Shown here: one piece after another, positions 20,629 through 30,912 of the stretch | Layout: each line of letters opens with the position of its first letter | How positions within the stretch are numbered: the stretch's first letter is position 1 | DNA from: an uncultured virus (IMG/VR IMGVR_UViG_3300022934_002389) | Lineage: Duplodnaviria > Heunggongvirae > Uroviricota > Caudoviricetes | IMG/VR virus record: IMGVR_UViG_3300022934_002389 | Location: 1-64,000 of that record | DNA length: 64,000 nucleotides | Reading direction: 5' to 3' (one strand) | Made by a program: the position numbers and the translations under genes | The notes under the pieces: model-generated | What the model was told of the DNA's origin: nothing | Databases searched by the model: none | What the model saw: only the letters and a program-made list of their open reading frames with translations

Positions 20629-21463
20629 TTTGTTTTGTTACGGGTGCAGTTTTACAAATTACAGTTGGCCTATGTATCCTGAATACTTGGCACAGGAGTT
20701 TGATAAAACATTTAATTGTGGATTATCTGGTTTAGGTAATTTTGCAATATATCATAGATTACTAGGCACTGTTTTAGAAAACAAAATTAAAGAAAATGAT
20801 ACTGTAATTGTTCAGTGGTCAGAGCCATCAAGGCATGATTACCTTGACAAAGAAGAAGAATGGTCTAATATTGGCGGCGGCTTAGCCTTAGAACTAACTG
20901 CAAAAAGATTAGATCATATTATATCTCATAGTTCGTCTTACGTTAAAACTTTGACATATATGTTTCATACAGTTAACTTACTTGAATCTTTAAAAGTTAA
21001 CTGGACTTTTCTTTTTCTTACACCAGATGCAATGGCACACCTAAGTATTCAAAGAGGTAAACATATAGATTTAGCAGGACATCAAAAACGCATAGCACAA
21101 AATATGACGAACAAAGTTAACAAGTATCGTCATAAGTTTATCGAGTTACCATTAATGCATCACTTTAATCATAAAGATCCTGTGTTTATGACAAATCATG
21201 GTGGCAATTGGTGGGATGACCATCCTAGACCTAAATCAACATATAAATTTGTAAAGGAAGTTTTAGCACCAAAATTACAAATTAATACTAATAATATAAC
21301 TAGTTACAACAAATATGTTTGTAACAGAATATTTGTACCTGTAAAAGAAAGAACATACAATCAAGAATTTATGATTGAAGCAATGCGTGAGTTACCTGAC
21401 AATCTCAAGTATAGTTATGATATAAGTGAATTAATAAATGAAACAATTGATATGGGCATATAA
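20621..21463 (+). CDS. SGNH/GDSL-like hydrolase or acyltransferase
   Basis: TTG start. YGCSFT nucleophile block, GLSGLGN, VQWS and DDHP. Confidence 0.6.
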   Translation: MSNLFCYGCSFTNYSWPMYPEYLAQEFDKTFNCGLSGLGNFAIYHRLLGTVLENKIKENDTVIVQWSEPSRHDYLDKEEEWSNIGGGLALELTAKRLDHIISHSSSYVKTLTYMFHTVNLLESLKVNWTFLFLTPDAMAHLSIQRGKHIDLAGHQKRIAQNMTNKVNKYRHKFIELPLMHHFNHKDPVFMTNHGGNWWDDHPRPKSTYKFVKEVLAPKLQINTNNITSYNKYVCNRIFVPVKERTYNQEFMIEAMRELPDNLKYSYDISELINETIDMGI

Positions 21464-22745
21464 TTGGATTGGGCCACTAGGTCCTTTAAATAACCATAAG
21501 ATACCAGATGTATATGATCTGGCTAAGCGCATTGACGACATTGATGTTAAGTTTAGCGATGCAACAATGGAGCATGATCCTGCTGTTATGGAGATAGGAA
21601 ATTTTGTACCTTGCAAAATTATTCCATCTTCCGAGATAAAAGATATAGGGGATAGCAAATTTTTCTATGAAGTTATTTTAAGTCCTAACTTAAATTACAT
21701 GTCTATCACAATGGATATGTTTTGCGGATTTTTACAAAGAACGCCTATTCCTGGCGAGGTTTGGGATAAAATTTACAATGGTAACGGATATCTATTTGTA
21801 AACTGTAGATATGAAAGTTTTGTTACGCATAGAGATTTTCAAACATTACATGATTATTTTAATAGTCAAGGTGTGCCCTTGAACAAAGTTATCTATGCAA
21901 CAAACTGTGCAAATATACAAACTATTTACGACAAGTACTGTTTACAAGCAGGTGTAGGCGAAGATAAATTAAATGTCGAATATATGGGTTTGTATATACA
22001 AATTACAAAAGACATTTTACGTGATGAAGTTTATGAAAGTCGTGTTGACTTGGGCAAACAAGATAGATTGTTTTTAAATTTTAACAGACGTAGTCATGAA
22101 CATCGTATGTTGCTGTTATTGCAAATGATTAAAAATGATATGCTAGATGACTGTCATATGAGTTTTGACAGACATGGAGGTGTTAATAGACCATTTGAAC
22201 ATTTTATATACGATTTTGAGAGAACTTCTTCAAAATATAATTTAGAATTTGAAAGAGAAGATTTTGAAAATTTATGGGACGATTTGCCTTTTGTGCTAGA
22301 CAGTAAACATTTTGACAGATTTCCTGTAGAAGAACACTTAATGGATACTGCTGAATGGTATGATCGAACATATATTCATCTTGCAAGCGAAACAAATTTT
22401 GAAAATAATGTAATTCATTTGACAGAAAAAACAATGAAGCCAATTATATTCAAACAACCATTTATTATTGTTGGCCCTGCGTTTACACTTCAGTATCTTA
22501 AAAAATTAGGATTTAAAACTTTTGATGCTTGGTGGGACGAAAGTTATGATGAAACACTAAATGGGAAAGATAGAATGCAAGCAATTATAAAAGTATGTAA
22601 AGATATCAAGTCTTGGCCTAAACAAAAATTAAAACAGTTATATACACAAACACATGAGATACGAGAATACAATATTCAACATTTTAAAAATTTAAAACCT
22701 GTAGAACTATTAGATCTTGTTGAAAAATATGGAGCAGACATATGA
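21438..22745 (+). CDS. Putative GT-B glycosyltransferase (GT10/fucosyltransferase-like TEK motif)
   Basis: FLNFNRR..HR...ASETNF....LTEKTMKPIIFKQPFIIVG..L..LGFKTF..WDESYD. Confidence 0.5.
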   Translation: MKQLIWAYNWIGPLGPLNNHKIPDVYDLAKRIDDIDVKFSDATMEHDPAVMEIGNFVPCKIIPSSEIKDIGDSKFFYEVILSPNLNYMSITMDMFCGFLQRTPIPGEVWDKIYNGNGYLFVNCRYESFVTHRDFQTLHDYFNSQGVPLNKVIYATNCANIQTIYDKYCLQAGVGEDKLNVEYMGLYIQITKDILRDEVYESRVDLGKQDRLFLNFNRRSHEHRMLLLLQMIKNDMLDDCHMSFDRHGGVNRPFEHFIYDFERTSSKYNLEFEREDFENLWDDLPFVLDSKHFDRFPVEEHLMDTAEWYDRTYIHLASETNFENNVIHLTEKTMKPIIFKQPFIIVGPAFTLQYLKKLGFKTFDAWWDESYDETLNGKDRMQAIIKVCKDIKSWPKQKLKQLYTQTHEIREYNIQHFKNLKPVELLDLVEKYGADI

Positions 22746-23710
22746 GTAAGGTATTAGTATGCGGAGCCGGAGGATTCATTGGAGTTCATTTGGTAAGAAG
22801 TTTAAAAGCACAAGGACATTATGTAATTGGTGCAGATTTAGAGTATCCTGAATTTAGCGAAACCGAATGTGATGAATTTCATATTGTAGATTTGCGAGAA
22901 CAAGCAGATGTACGTAAATTAATTACAGAAGACATTTATGAAATATATCAACTTGCTGCGGATATGGGAGGAGCAGGATATATTTTTACAGGCGATAATG
23001 ATGCTGATATTATGCACAACTCTGCTATGATTAATCTTAACATTTTGAAAGAAATGGTTGTTAAAGGTGTAAAACGTATTTTTTATAGTTCAAGTGCTTG
23101 CATGTATCCTGAACACAATCAGATGGATCCTGATAATCCTTTGTGTAGCGAAGAAAGTGCGTATCCAGCAAATCCTGATTCTGAATATGGTTGGGAAAAA
23201 TTATTCAGCGAACGCTTGTGTATGTCTTTTGAAAAGAATTATGGTATACGTGCAAGAATGTGTCGTTTTCATAATGTGTTTGGACCAGAAAGCACATGGA
23301 CTGGAGGTAAAGAAAAATCTCCCGCAGCCTTATGTAGAAAAGTTGCAATGAGCGAAGACGAAACTGTAGAAATTTGGGGACCTGGCACACAAACAAGAAG
23401 TTTTCTTTATATCGATGAAGCTATTGAAGGCATTCATAGGATTATGGAAAGCGATTATAATCAGCCGTTAAATCTTGGCAGTGAACGTATGATTGCTATA
23501 AATGATTTAGCACACCTAATTGCGAGTGTTAACACTAACAAAAAACTGAGAATTAATAATGTGCCAGGACCTGTTGGTGTTAATGGCAGAAACAGTCATA
23601 ATAAACTTATTAAGGAAACCATTGGTTGGGCACCGCAAGACAATTTAGAATATGGCTTGCAACAAACTTATCAATGGATACTACAACAAATTGAGAAACA
23701 AGAAAATTGA
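22742..23710 (+). CDS. NAD-dependent epimerase, GDP-mannose 3,5-epimerase-like
   Basis: GAGGFIG, LAADMGGAGYI, SSSACMYP, YGWEK (YxxxK), RFHNVFGP..TW.GGKEKSPAALCRK and GRNS, the characteristic motifs of the GME subfamily. Confidence 0.85.
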   Translation: MSKVLVCGAGGFIGVHLVRSLKAQGHYVIGADLEYPEFSETECDEFHIVDLREQADVRKLITEDIYEIYQLAADMGGAGYIFTGDNDADIMHNSAMINLNILKEMVVKGVKRIFYSSSACMYPEHNQMDPDNPLCSEESAYPANPDSEYGWEKLFSERLCMSFEKNYGIRARMCRFHNVFGPESTWTGGKEKSPAALCRKVAMSEDETVEIWGPGTQTRSFLYIDEAIEGIHRIMESDYNQPLNLGSERMIAINDLAHLIASVNTNKKLRINNVPGPVGVNGRNSHNKLIKETIGWAPQDNLEYGLQQTYQWILQQIEKQEN

Positions 23711-24936
23711 AACTTGCTGCATACTATCATGATAAAATAGGAAATATGCACGGTGTACAGCCGTACATTTTTGATACGTGGTTATATTCTCGAACACTGA
23801 AAAAAGCAGGTTTTGGTATAAAACAAATTAAAGATGGGTGGAACTGGCCTGGAATATATTTTGTAAGTGTTGCAGGTCATTCTAATGATTGGGGAACACA
23901 TGACAATCATGTGTTAAACAATTTGCCCAGCGAAGTTGCTAATGCAGTTCGTAGAGGAAAAATTAAAATTGTAATTGATAATTCGTCTGAAGGTATGAAT
24001 ATGATATTTCCTGGATGTGATGGGTTTTATAATATGCACGAAATAATGGAAGAAAATGATTTTCATAAAAATAGTGTTATACTTATGGACGGCAATGCAG
24101 ATTTCTCTACAAATTATTTAACATGGTGTAACAGAAATTGGGATATACCGTTGTTTGCACATGTTCATAGTTTTACGCATACCTTTTATTTCGATAATAG
24201 AATACCACAAAGCGCACTAGTTATAAATGCTATTAAAAATAAAGATTCCAAAGATTTCCTTAGCATGAATAGAAATACAAGACCATCAAGGCTGGAGCAT
24301 TTATTTTGGTTGTTAGATACAGGTTATGTAAGCAAGGGACTTGTAAGTGGAAGTTTACCGCAAAAAGAACAAGTAGGTGCGCCTAGTAGAATTACACTAC
24401 AGGATGACAATTTATGGAATAAAACCTTGCTCAAAGGTTTGCCTTTAGACATAGATGGCGTAGATTGTAAAAGTGACCCTGACAAAGATGCCACTATTTT
24501 TAATCATGCCCTTTATGAAAATAGTTTGCTCAGTGTGGTTACAGAAACTGCATTTGCAGAAGAAGGGATGTTTATTACAGAAAAAGTAATGAAACCCATT
24601 GCAGCAGGACATCCTTTTATGATATTAGGACAATTTAGAGTCTTAAAATATCTAAGAAGTTTAGGTTATAAAACTGACTTTGAAGGCATAGATCAAAGTT
24701 ACGATGAGATTTTAAATCCTAACGAAAGATTCCAAGCATTTCATAAAAGTTTAGAAAATTGGATTAAATTGACAAGAGCACAAAAAGAAGATATAATTAT
24801 GGAAAATCTAAATAAGATTACATATAATCAAAATTTATTTAGATCTACAAATTATAATAGAGATACTGGATTGCGACTCATGACAACTGTTCAAAATCTT
24901 TTTAACAATAAATATACTATCAATGAAAAAAATTAG
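23707..24936 (+). CDS. Putative GT-B glycosyltransferase (GT10-like TEK motif)
   Basis: FLSMNR..R..R...VVTETAF....FITEKVMKPIAAGHPFMILG..LRSLGYKT..DQSYD. Paralog of 21438. Confidence 0.5.
   Translation: MKLAAYYHDKIGNMHGVQPYIFDTWLYSRTLKKAGFGIKQIKDGWNWPGIYFVSVAGHSNDWGTHDNHVLNNLPSEVANAVRRGKIKIVIDNSSEGMNMIFPGCDGFYNMHEIMEENDFHKNSVILMDGNADFSTNYLTWCNRNWDIPLFAHVHSFTHTFYFDNRIPQSALVINAIKNKDSKDFLSMNRNTRPSRLEHLFWLLDTGYVSKGLVSGSLPQKEQVGAPSRITLQDDNLWNKTLLKGLPLDIDGVDCKSDPDKDATIFNHALYENSLLSVVTETAFAEEGMFITEKVMKPIAAGHPFMILGQFRVLKYLRSLGYKTDFEGIDQSYDEILNPNERFQAFHKSLENWIKLTRAQKEDIIMENLNKITYNQNLFRSTNYNRDTGLRLMTTVQNLFNNKYTINEKN
24907..24919 (+). promoter_or_regulatory. Late promoter-like box (AATAAATATACTA)
   Basis: Matches TATAAATATACTA at 13466 at 12 of 13 positions and lies just upstream of ATG 24923. 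Confidence 0.5.
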
Positions 24937-26887
24937 TTTTGTAAATCCGAATTTCCAGCAAGGACCTAAAGAGTTTAACGCTTATTACTTACCGTATAGT
25001 GTTGGCATACTTTGGTCTTATGTAAACCAGTTTGAATCTATTAATACCCAATATGAACTTGATGAGTTTGTATGGCGAAGAGATCCTATTGCTGAAACAG
25101 TTGAACTTTTAAAAGATAACACAGTAGTAGGCTTTTCTACATACATATGGAACAAGCAATACAATAATGTTTTAGCCAGAGAATTAAAAAAAGCAAATCC
25201 AAATATTGTAATTTTATTTGGCGGACCTGAGCCGCCTATCGAAGACCCAAACTTTTTTGAACGTTTTCCTTATATTGATGTTTGTGTAAAACAGGAAGGA
25301 GAAAGAAGTTTTAGAAAAATTCTTGAAGCATTAGACGATAGAGATTCTTGGTTAGATGTAAAAGGTTTAATTGTAAATGTAGATGGTGAAACTGTAGACA
25401 CAGGTGCTCAACCAAGAATTAACGAATTAGATGAGATACCTAGTCCTTATCTAACTGGTGTGTTTGATAAACTTATGGTAAAGCATCCTGAAGTGACATG
25501 GAATGCTACACTGGAAACAAATCGAGGTTGTCCGTATGCTTGTACTTTTTGTGACTGGGGCAGTTTAACATATAATAAAGTTAAAAAGTTTAATTTAGAA
25601 CGTGTGTTTGATGAATTAGAATGGATCGGTAAAACAGGTTGCGACTTTGTAAGTTTAACGGATGCAAACTTTGGTATTTTTGCAGAACGTGATAGTATGA
25701 TTGCAGATAAACTTATTCAAGTGCAAAAAACATACGATAACCCAAAAGCATATACTATTGCTTGGGCTAAAAATCAAAAGAAAGAAGTTGTAGATATTGT
25801 TAGAAAACTTATCTATGATGGCGGTGCAAAAATTGGATTGAATTTATCTGTACAGTCAATGGATGAAAATGTTTTAGAAATTATCAAACGTAAAAATCTT
25901 GAAATGAATAAAATTGAACAAGTGTTTGATATGTGCGAAGAAAATAATATTCCGTTATATACAGAGTTAATTTTAGGGTTACCCGGAGAAACATTAGAAA
26001 CATGGAAAGATAATTTTTATAGTCTATACAAAGCTGGTAACCATACAGGCGTTACAGTATATCAAGCACAGTTGCTTGAAAATGCAGAAATGAATCTTGT
26101 GCAAAAACAAGAATTCAAAATTGAAGGTAGAAAAGTTACTGACTATCTTGTTGGCGCTTATAACGAAGATGAACTTAAAGAAGGTATAGATATTGTTGTA
26201 TCTACAAAAGACTTATCTTATGAAAAGATGCTAGATGCACAAGTGTTTAGTTGGTTTCAAAATACTTTCCATATCAACGGTATCACAAATTATATCAGTC
26301 GATTTTTATACAACTTTAGCAACATAGAATATAGTGAATTTTACGAAAAATTATTTGACCATATAAGCCGAGATCCTTGGTTAAAAAGCGAAATTGATCG
26401 CATAAGAAAATACTATATTAACTGGGGTACTAACGGTAGAATTGATCACCCTAAAATTCAAGGTATTGAAATACACGGATGGAATCTTATCCACAGCACT
26501 ATTATTAATTTACACAGTGAAGATAAAGCATCACATGTGTTTAGTGTTGTAAAAGATTTTATGCAAAAAGAATACGCACATTTTCCACAAGATGTAATGG
26601 ACCAACTTATGGACTTCCAATCTAGTTACCTTATCGATTACAACAAAATTAAATCTTACCCGCTCACAAAAGATTACGATTACGATTTTCTCGGATACAT
26701 ACATAGTGGGGAAGAATTGAATAATAAGAGTACTTTATTTTTTGATTTTCCTGAAAACCAAGATATGAGTTTACAACAATTTTGTGAACAGATATTTTTT
26801 GCAAGAAGAAGGAATTTTGGTAAAGCATGGGTGACCAAGAAAAAGTTGCACACATTTACGCATGGCAATATGGAAATGCAGAACTAG
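24923..26887 (+). CDS. Cobalamin-binding (class B-like) radical SAM protein
   Basis: N-terminal B12-binding-like domain (LPYSVG...GFSTYIWN...LFGGP...EGE), then IPSPYL, ETNRGCPYACTFCDWG, DANFG and ELILGLPGET. Confidence 0.9.
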   Translation: MKKISFVNPNFQQGPKEFNAYYLPYSVGILWSYVNQFESINTQYELDEFVWRRDPIAETVELLKDNTVVGFSTYIWNKQYNNVLARELKKANPNIVILFGGPEPPIEDPNFFERFPYIDVCVKQEGERSFRKILEALDDRDSWLDVKGLIVNVDGETVDTGAQPRINELDEIPSPYLTGVFDKLMVKHPEVTWNATLETNRGCPYACTFCDWGSLTYNKVKKFNLERVFDELEWIGKTGCDFVSLTDANFGIFAERDSMIADKLIQVQKTYDNPKAYTIAWAKNQKKEVVDIVRKLIYDGGAKIGLNLSVQSMDENVLEIIKRKNLEMNKIEQVFDMCEENNIPLYTELILGLPGETLETWKDNFYSLYKAGNHTGVTVYQAQLLENAEMNLVQKQEFKIEGRKVTDYLVGAYNEDELKEGIDIVVSTKDLSYEKMLDAQVFSWFQNTFHINGITNYISRFLYNFSNIEYSEFYEKLFDHISRDPWLKSEIDRIRKYYINWGTNGRIDHPKIQGIEIHGWNLIHSTIINLHSEDKASHVFSVVKDFMQKEYAHFPQDVMDQLMDFQSSYLIDYNKIKSYPLTKDYDYDFLGYIHSGEELNNKSTLFFDFPENQDMSLQQFCEQIFFARRRNFGKAWVTKKKLHTFTHGNMEMQN

Positions 26888-28992
26888 AAAATAAAATCTG
26901 TTCACGTGTATGGGATCATATTTATTTTTGGTGGTATCATGAATTTGAAATTGATCTTTCCCAAAAATCTGTAAAACACATAAACAAAAACAATATAAAA
27001 TATACTGTTGTAACTTGCATTAACGATTTACCTTTACTTCAAAAAAGACTACGAGTAATAGGCTTACGGCCACATGGCAGAGCAGATATTTGGCCTGAGT
27101 TCTTCATTGTAAGAGCACATCAAGAACTGTTGAATAACAACTTCTTGTATGATGATTTAATATTACAAGACAAACATACTTGGGATATATGGAAGCATCC
27201 TTTCTTATCGATGAATGGTAGAGAGCGTCATCATAGAGATGTTTTCATTGATGTTCTTGCTAGAGAAAATTTAATAGATAAAGGATTAATAACATACCAT
27301 CAGACTCATCGGAATGATGATCCTACTCAGTATTTTAAGTATCATGATGGTAGTAGATTGACTACAAATGATAGGTTTACTGAAAAATTATGTAGTTTTG
27401 ATTTTAATGATGACTTTATCTATAGTTTCCTACATATTCCTACCGAAAGTTATACAGAAGGTATGACAATAACAGAAAAGACAGCCACACCTATGTTATG
27501 TAAACTTCCGTTCTTAACTGTCGGTAGTAGATATTTCCATTCTAAATTAATGGAAATGGGTTTCGAAATATATGATGAAGTTTTTGACTATAGTTTTGAC
27601 AATTTAAAAACTGACGAAGAACGTATCGAAGGTATAGTTAAAAATATAAAATATGTTGTAGATAACAAACATAATTTGCAAGGTATGTATGACACACTAA
27701 AGCCTAAATTACAAAAAAATGTAGAACACATATTTGACAAATACATATCAAAGTTTGAACACGTGCCTTCCACTGTGCAAAATAGGATTTTGGAAATTAC
27801 TGCACCAGGAGGTGTAATGGAAGGCGATGAAGGAGAACTTTTAACTTTAGCAAAAAGGTTTACTGATAGAAAAATCAAAGCCAAAGGTCTAAAAGAAAGA
27901 AGAGATTATCTTTGGTATAATTATTGGTGTTCACATGAAAATGGAGATGGTTTTAATTTTAGACAAATTTTAAAAGATCTTAAAACTGTAAAAACTGATA
28001 AAGTTGTAATAGATGGTAGCGCAGAATGGGAACCATGGTTTGATCCAGAATATGTAGAATATGTGAATGCTAATCCTAATATAGAAACTATTGTGATTAG
28101 TGGTTGTGCAAAAAATTCTTATTATGAAAATAAATTAAAAACAAGCGGCATAAACAGAATTAGAAGTTTACACTGGTCGACTTTCTTTTTCCATTATTCT
28201 ACAAAAACAATTCTTGATGCATACGAGGATTATAACACACCAAAAGATGTTAGAGAATATTGGAATATAGATGACACAACAACAAAATGGCCTTGGATTT
28301 GTTTGCAAAACAGAGCACATTTACATCGTTGTCATTTAATTGATAATATTAAAAAATATAATTTACAAGATGCAGGTTATGTAACATGGATCGATGGCGG
28401 CAAAGAAAGACCAGACTTTCCATACAAATACCATGATGGTAAACAAATGACGCTAGAAAATGATACTTTTAGTCTTGATATGGATTCATACAAATTACCT
28501 GAAGAATATTGGCATACACTATGTGATTTTGTATCTGAAGCATGTTGGGAAACTATATTTGTTACTGAAAAAACAATATATCCTTTGTTAAGTAAAAAAT
28601 TATTTTTGGTATGCGGAGCACAAGGATTTCACGAACATTTAGATAAACTTGGGTTTGTTAGATATGATGAAATATTCGACTACAGTTTTGATAAAGAAAC
28701 AGACTTAGCAAAACGTGTAGCAATGTATACTGAAGAAATGAGAAAGTACAGTGAAAATACTTTTTCTACTATTAAGACACACATACAAGAATACAATGAG
28801 TTGTATCATAAAATTGAATATAACCACAAGCGTGTGTTTGAAATCTTAAAAAGAGATCCTTACATGCCTAAAGCAGTAAAATATCAATGGTCAAGAATTG
28901 ATACTGAAATACAAGATCAAGCATTGCCGCCGTGGCAAAAGTTATATTTAGAACTTAAAAAACAAGTGATACGTGCGAGAAAAGAATTATGA
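26827..28992 (+). CDS. Tandem two-domain GT10-like (TEK motif) protein
   Basis: Two copies: PTESY...ITEKTATP..KLPFL..G..MGFEIYDEVFDYSFD and VSEAC...VTEKTIYP..KKLFL..G..LGFVRYDEIFDYSFD. Start uncertain (61 nt overlap with the upstream gene). Confidence 0.55.
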   Translation: MGDQEKVAHIYAWQYGNAELENKICSRVWDHIYFWWYHEFEIDLSQKSVKHINKNNIKYTVVTCINDLPLLQKRLRVIGLRPHGRADIWPEFFIVRAHQELLNNNFLYDDLILQDKHTWDIWKHPFLSMNGRERHHRDVFIDVLARENLIDKGLITYHQTHRNDDPTQYFKYHDGSRLTTNDRFTEKLCSFDFNDDFIYSFLHIPTESYTEGMTITEKTATPMLCKLPFLTVGSRYFHSKLMEMGFEIYDEVFDYSFDNLKTDEERIEGIVKNIKYVVDNKHNLQGMYDTLKPKLQKNVEHIFDKYISKFEHVPSTVQNRILEITAPGGVMEGDEGELLTLAKRFTDRKIKAKGLKERRDYLWYNYWCSHENGDGFNFRQILKDLKTVKTDKVVIDGSAEWEPWFDPEYVEYVNANPNIETIVISGCAKNSYYENKLKTSGINRIRSLHWSTFFFHYSTKTILDAYEDYNTPKDVREYWNIDDTTTKWPWICLQNRAHLHRCHLIDNIKKYNLQDAGYVTWIDGGKERPDFPYKYHDGKQMTLENDTFSLDMDSYKLPEEYWHTLCDFVSEACWETIFVTEKTIYPLLSKKLFLVCGAQGFHEHLDKLGFVRYDEIFDYSFDKETDLAKRVAMYTEEMRKYSENTFSTIKTHIQEYNELYHKIEYNHKRVFEILKRDPYMPKAVKYQWSRIDTEIQDQALPPWQKLYLELKKQVIRARKEL

Positions 28993-30164
28993 AAAAAGTA
29001 GCAATGATAGGATGCGGCAAATTAGGACAAGATTGTGCCGAAGTAATGGCAACACATTATGATGTTGTAGGTTATGATGTTGCAAAGCGGACACCGCGAA
29101 ACTTTTCTATGTGTCAAACTATAAAAGACGCAGTTACAGATACAAATATAATTTTTGTTGCAGTGCCCACACCACACGAAGCACAATATGGAGGCGAGAC
29201 TCCTACTAGTCATTTGCCTAATAAAGATTTTGACTATAGTATTGTTGAATCTGTGTTACGTAAAATTAACAAGCATGTAAACAAATCACAGTTAGTTGTG
29301 CTTATTAGTACAGTTCTTCCTGGTACAACTAGAAATAGATTTATCAAACTAATAAAAAATGCACGTTTTGTTTACAATCCTTACTTAATAGCAATGGGTA
29401 CAATTAAATGGGACATGGTAAATCCTGAAATGGTTATTATTGGCACTGAAGACGGTAGCACTACAGATGATGCAAAAGAGTTGATCGACTTTTATAAGCC
29501 TATAATGCAAAACAATCCTAGATATGAAATAGGCACATGGGATGAAGCAGAAGCTATAAAAATATTTTACAATACGTTTATCAGTACTAAACTAAGTTTA
29601 GTTAATATGATACAAGATGTTGCTGAAACAAGTGGTAATATTAATGTTGATGTTGTTACAGAAGCCCTTGCAAAAAGCACATACCGAATTATGGGGCCAG
29701 GCTATATGCAAGCAGGTATGGGAGACGGAGGCGCATGTCATCCTAGAGATAATATTGCTTTACGATATCTAGCACAACGGTTAGACTTAGGTTATGATTT
29801 GTTTGATAGTATTATGACTGCAAGAGAAGTACAAGCCAAAAGAATGGCACAGAGATTGATTAGAGAAGGTAATGATATTTGTATTGTAGGAAAAGCCTAT
29901 AAGCCAGGAGTTTATTACACTATAGGCAGTAGTAGTATGCTAGTAGGACATTATGTAGAAGAATTAGGAGGGTCTCTAACTTATTATGACATCAACACAG
30001 GAGATACGGTATTTCCTAAAGCAGATGTATATCTAATAGGTTATTGGGAACAGTATGTAGAAGAAATTGAATGGCCGCTTGGGTCTACAGTAGTAGATCC
30101 TTGGAGGAAACTTAGAGATTCAAACGAATTCAAAGTTGTACATTACGGTAACACACGGAGTTAA
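28989..30164 (+). CDS. UDP-glucose/GDP-mannose 6-dehydrogenase family protein
   Basis: IGCGKLG, VGYD, FVAVPTP, STVLPGT, AEAIKIFYNTF, GDGGACHPRD (catalytic Cys) and GKAYKP. Confidence 0.88.
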   Translation: MKKVAMIGCGKLGQDCAEVMATHYDVVGYDVAKRTPRNFSMCQTIKDAVTDTNIIFVAVPTPHEAQYGGETPTSHLPNKDFDYSIVESVLRKINKHVNKSQLVVLISTVLPGTTRNRFIKLIKNARFVYNPYLIAMGTIKWDMVNPEMVIIGTEDGSTTDDAKELIDFYKPIMQNNPRYEIGTWDEAEAIKIFYNTFISTKLSLVNMIQDVAETSGNINVDVVTEALAKSTYRIMGPGYMQAGMGDGGACHPRDNIALRYLAQRLDLGYDLFDSIMTAREVQAKRMAQRLIREGNDICIVGKAYKPGVYYTIGSSSMLVGHYVEELGGSLTYYDINTGDTVFPKADVYLIGYWEQYVEEIEWPLGSTVVDPWRKLRDSNEFKVVHYGNTRS

Positions 30165-30167
30165 ATA
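30160..30167 (+). promoter_or_regulatory. Late promoter-like box (GTTAAATA)
   Basis: Same 8-mer as 15680, overlapping the stop codon and 4 nt before ATG 30172. Confidence 0.35.
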
Positions 30168-30171
30168 TTGC

Positions 30172-30912
30172 ATGGAACTAGTAACACATCTTAAAACAAC
30201 ATATCCAAACATTAAAAAATTAAATTATGAATTTGTAGGAACACCGCCATATCCTATGATTACATTAGACAATTTTTTGCCAGAATCAATGGCAAAAGCA
30301 ATGGAACTTGAGTGCGAAAGCATACCAGAATTCCATTGGAAAGAATTTACCCGTCGCGATAGTTATATGCGTGAACTTACAAATTTAGAGGTAGCACCTG
30401 TAGCACAAAATTTTACAAATCAAATGCACAGTCAAGCAGGTATGCAATGGTTGATTAAACTTACTGGTATTAAGGATCTTATTCCTGATCCTTATATTGT
30501 AGGTGCAGGTTATAGTAGAAGTTATCCAGGATGTAAATTATCAATCCATACAGATTTTAACTGGAATGATACAATTAAAGTACATCGTATGCTGAGTATG
30601 ATAATTTATCTAGGATCGGATTGGGAAGAAGAATGGGGCGGCCATTTACATTTCAATGACTTCAACAATAAAGGTCCTGTACAAAAAGTTGCACCAATGT
30701 TTAATAGAGCAATTATTTGGAGACACCATGAAAGAGGGTTCCATGGGTTTCCTGATGCACTAGCATGTCCTGAAGGGCGTACAAGAAATGCATTTAGATT
30801 GTTCTTTTACGTAAGCAATGCAAAACACGATGATGAGAATTTACCTCATCGTAGTTTGTATTGGTTTGATGAAGAAACAGGCGAACCCTATGATATTACA
30901 ACTGAAAGATAG
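30172..30912 (+). CDS. 2OG-Fe(II) oxygenase (prolyl 4-hydroxylase-like)
   Basis: LDNFLP, LSIHTDFN (HxD), IIYL..DW.EEWGG.L, P.FNR, GFHG and R. Start reassigned to ATG 30172. Confidence 0.85.
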   Translation: MELVTHLKTTYPNIKKLNYEFVGTPPYPMITLDNFLPESMAKAMELECESIPEFHWKEFTRRDSYMRELTNLEVAPVAQNFTNQMHSQAGMQWLIKLTGIKDLIPDPYIVGAGYSRSYPGCKLSIHTDFNWNDTIKVHRMLSMIIYLGSDWEEEWGGHLHFNDFNNKGPVQKVAPMFNRAIIWRHHERGFHGFPDALACPEGRTRNAFRLFFYVSNAKHDDENLPHRSLYWFDEETGEPYDITTER

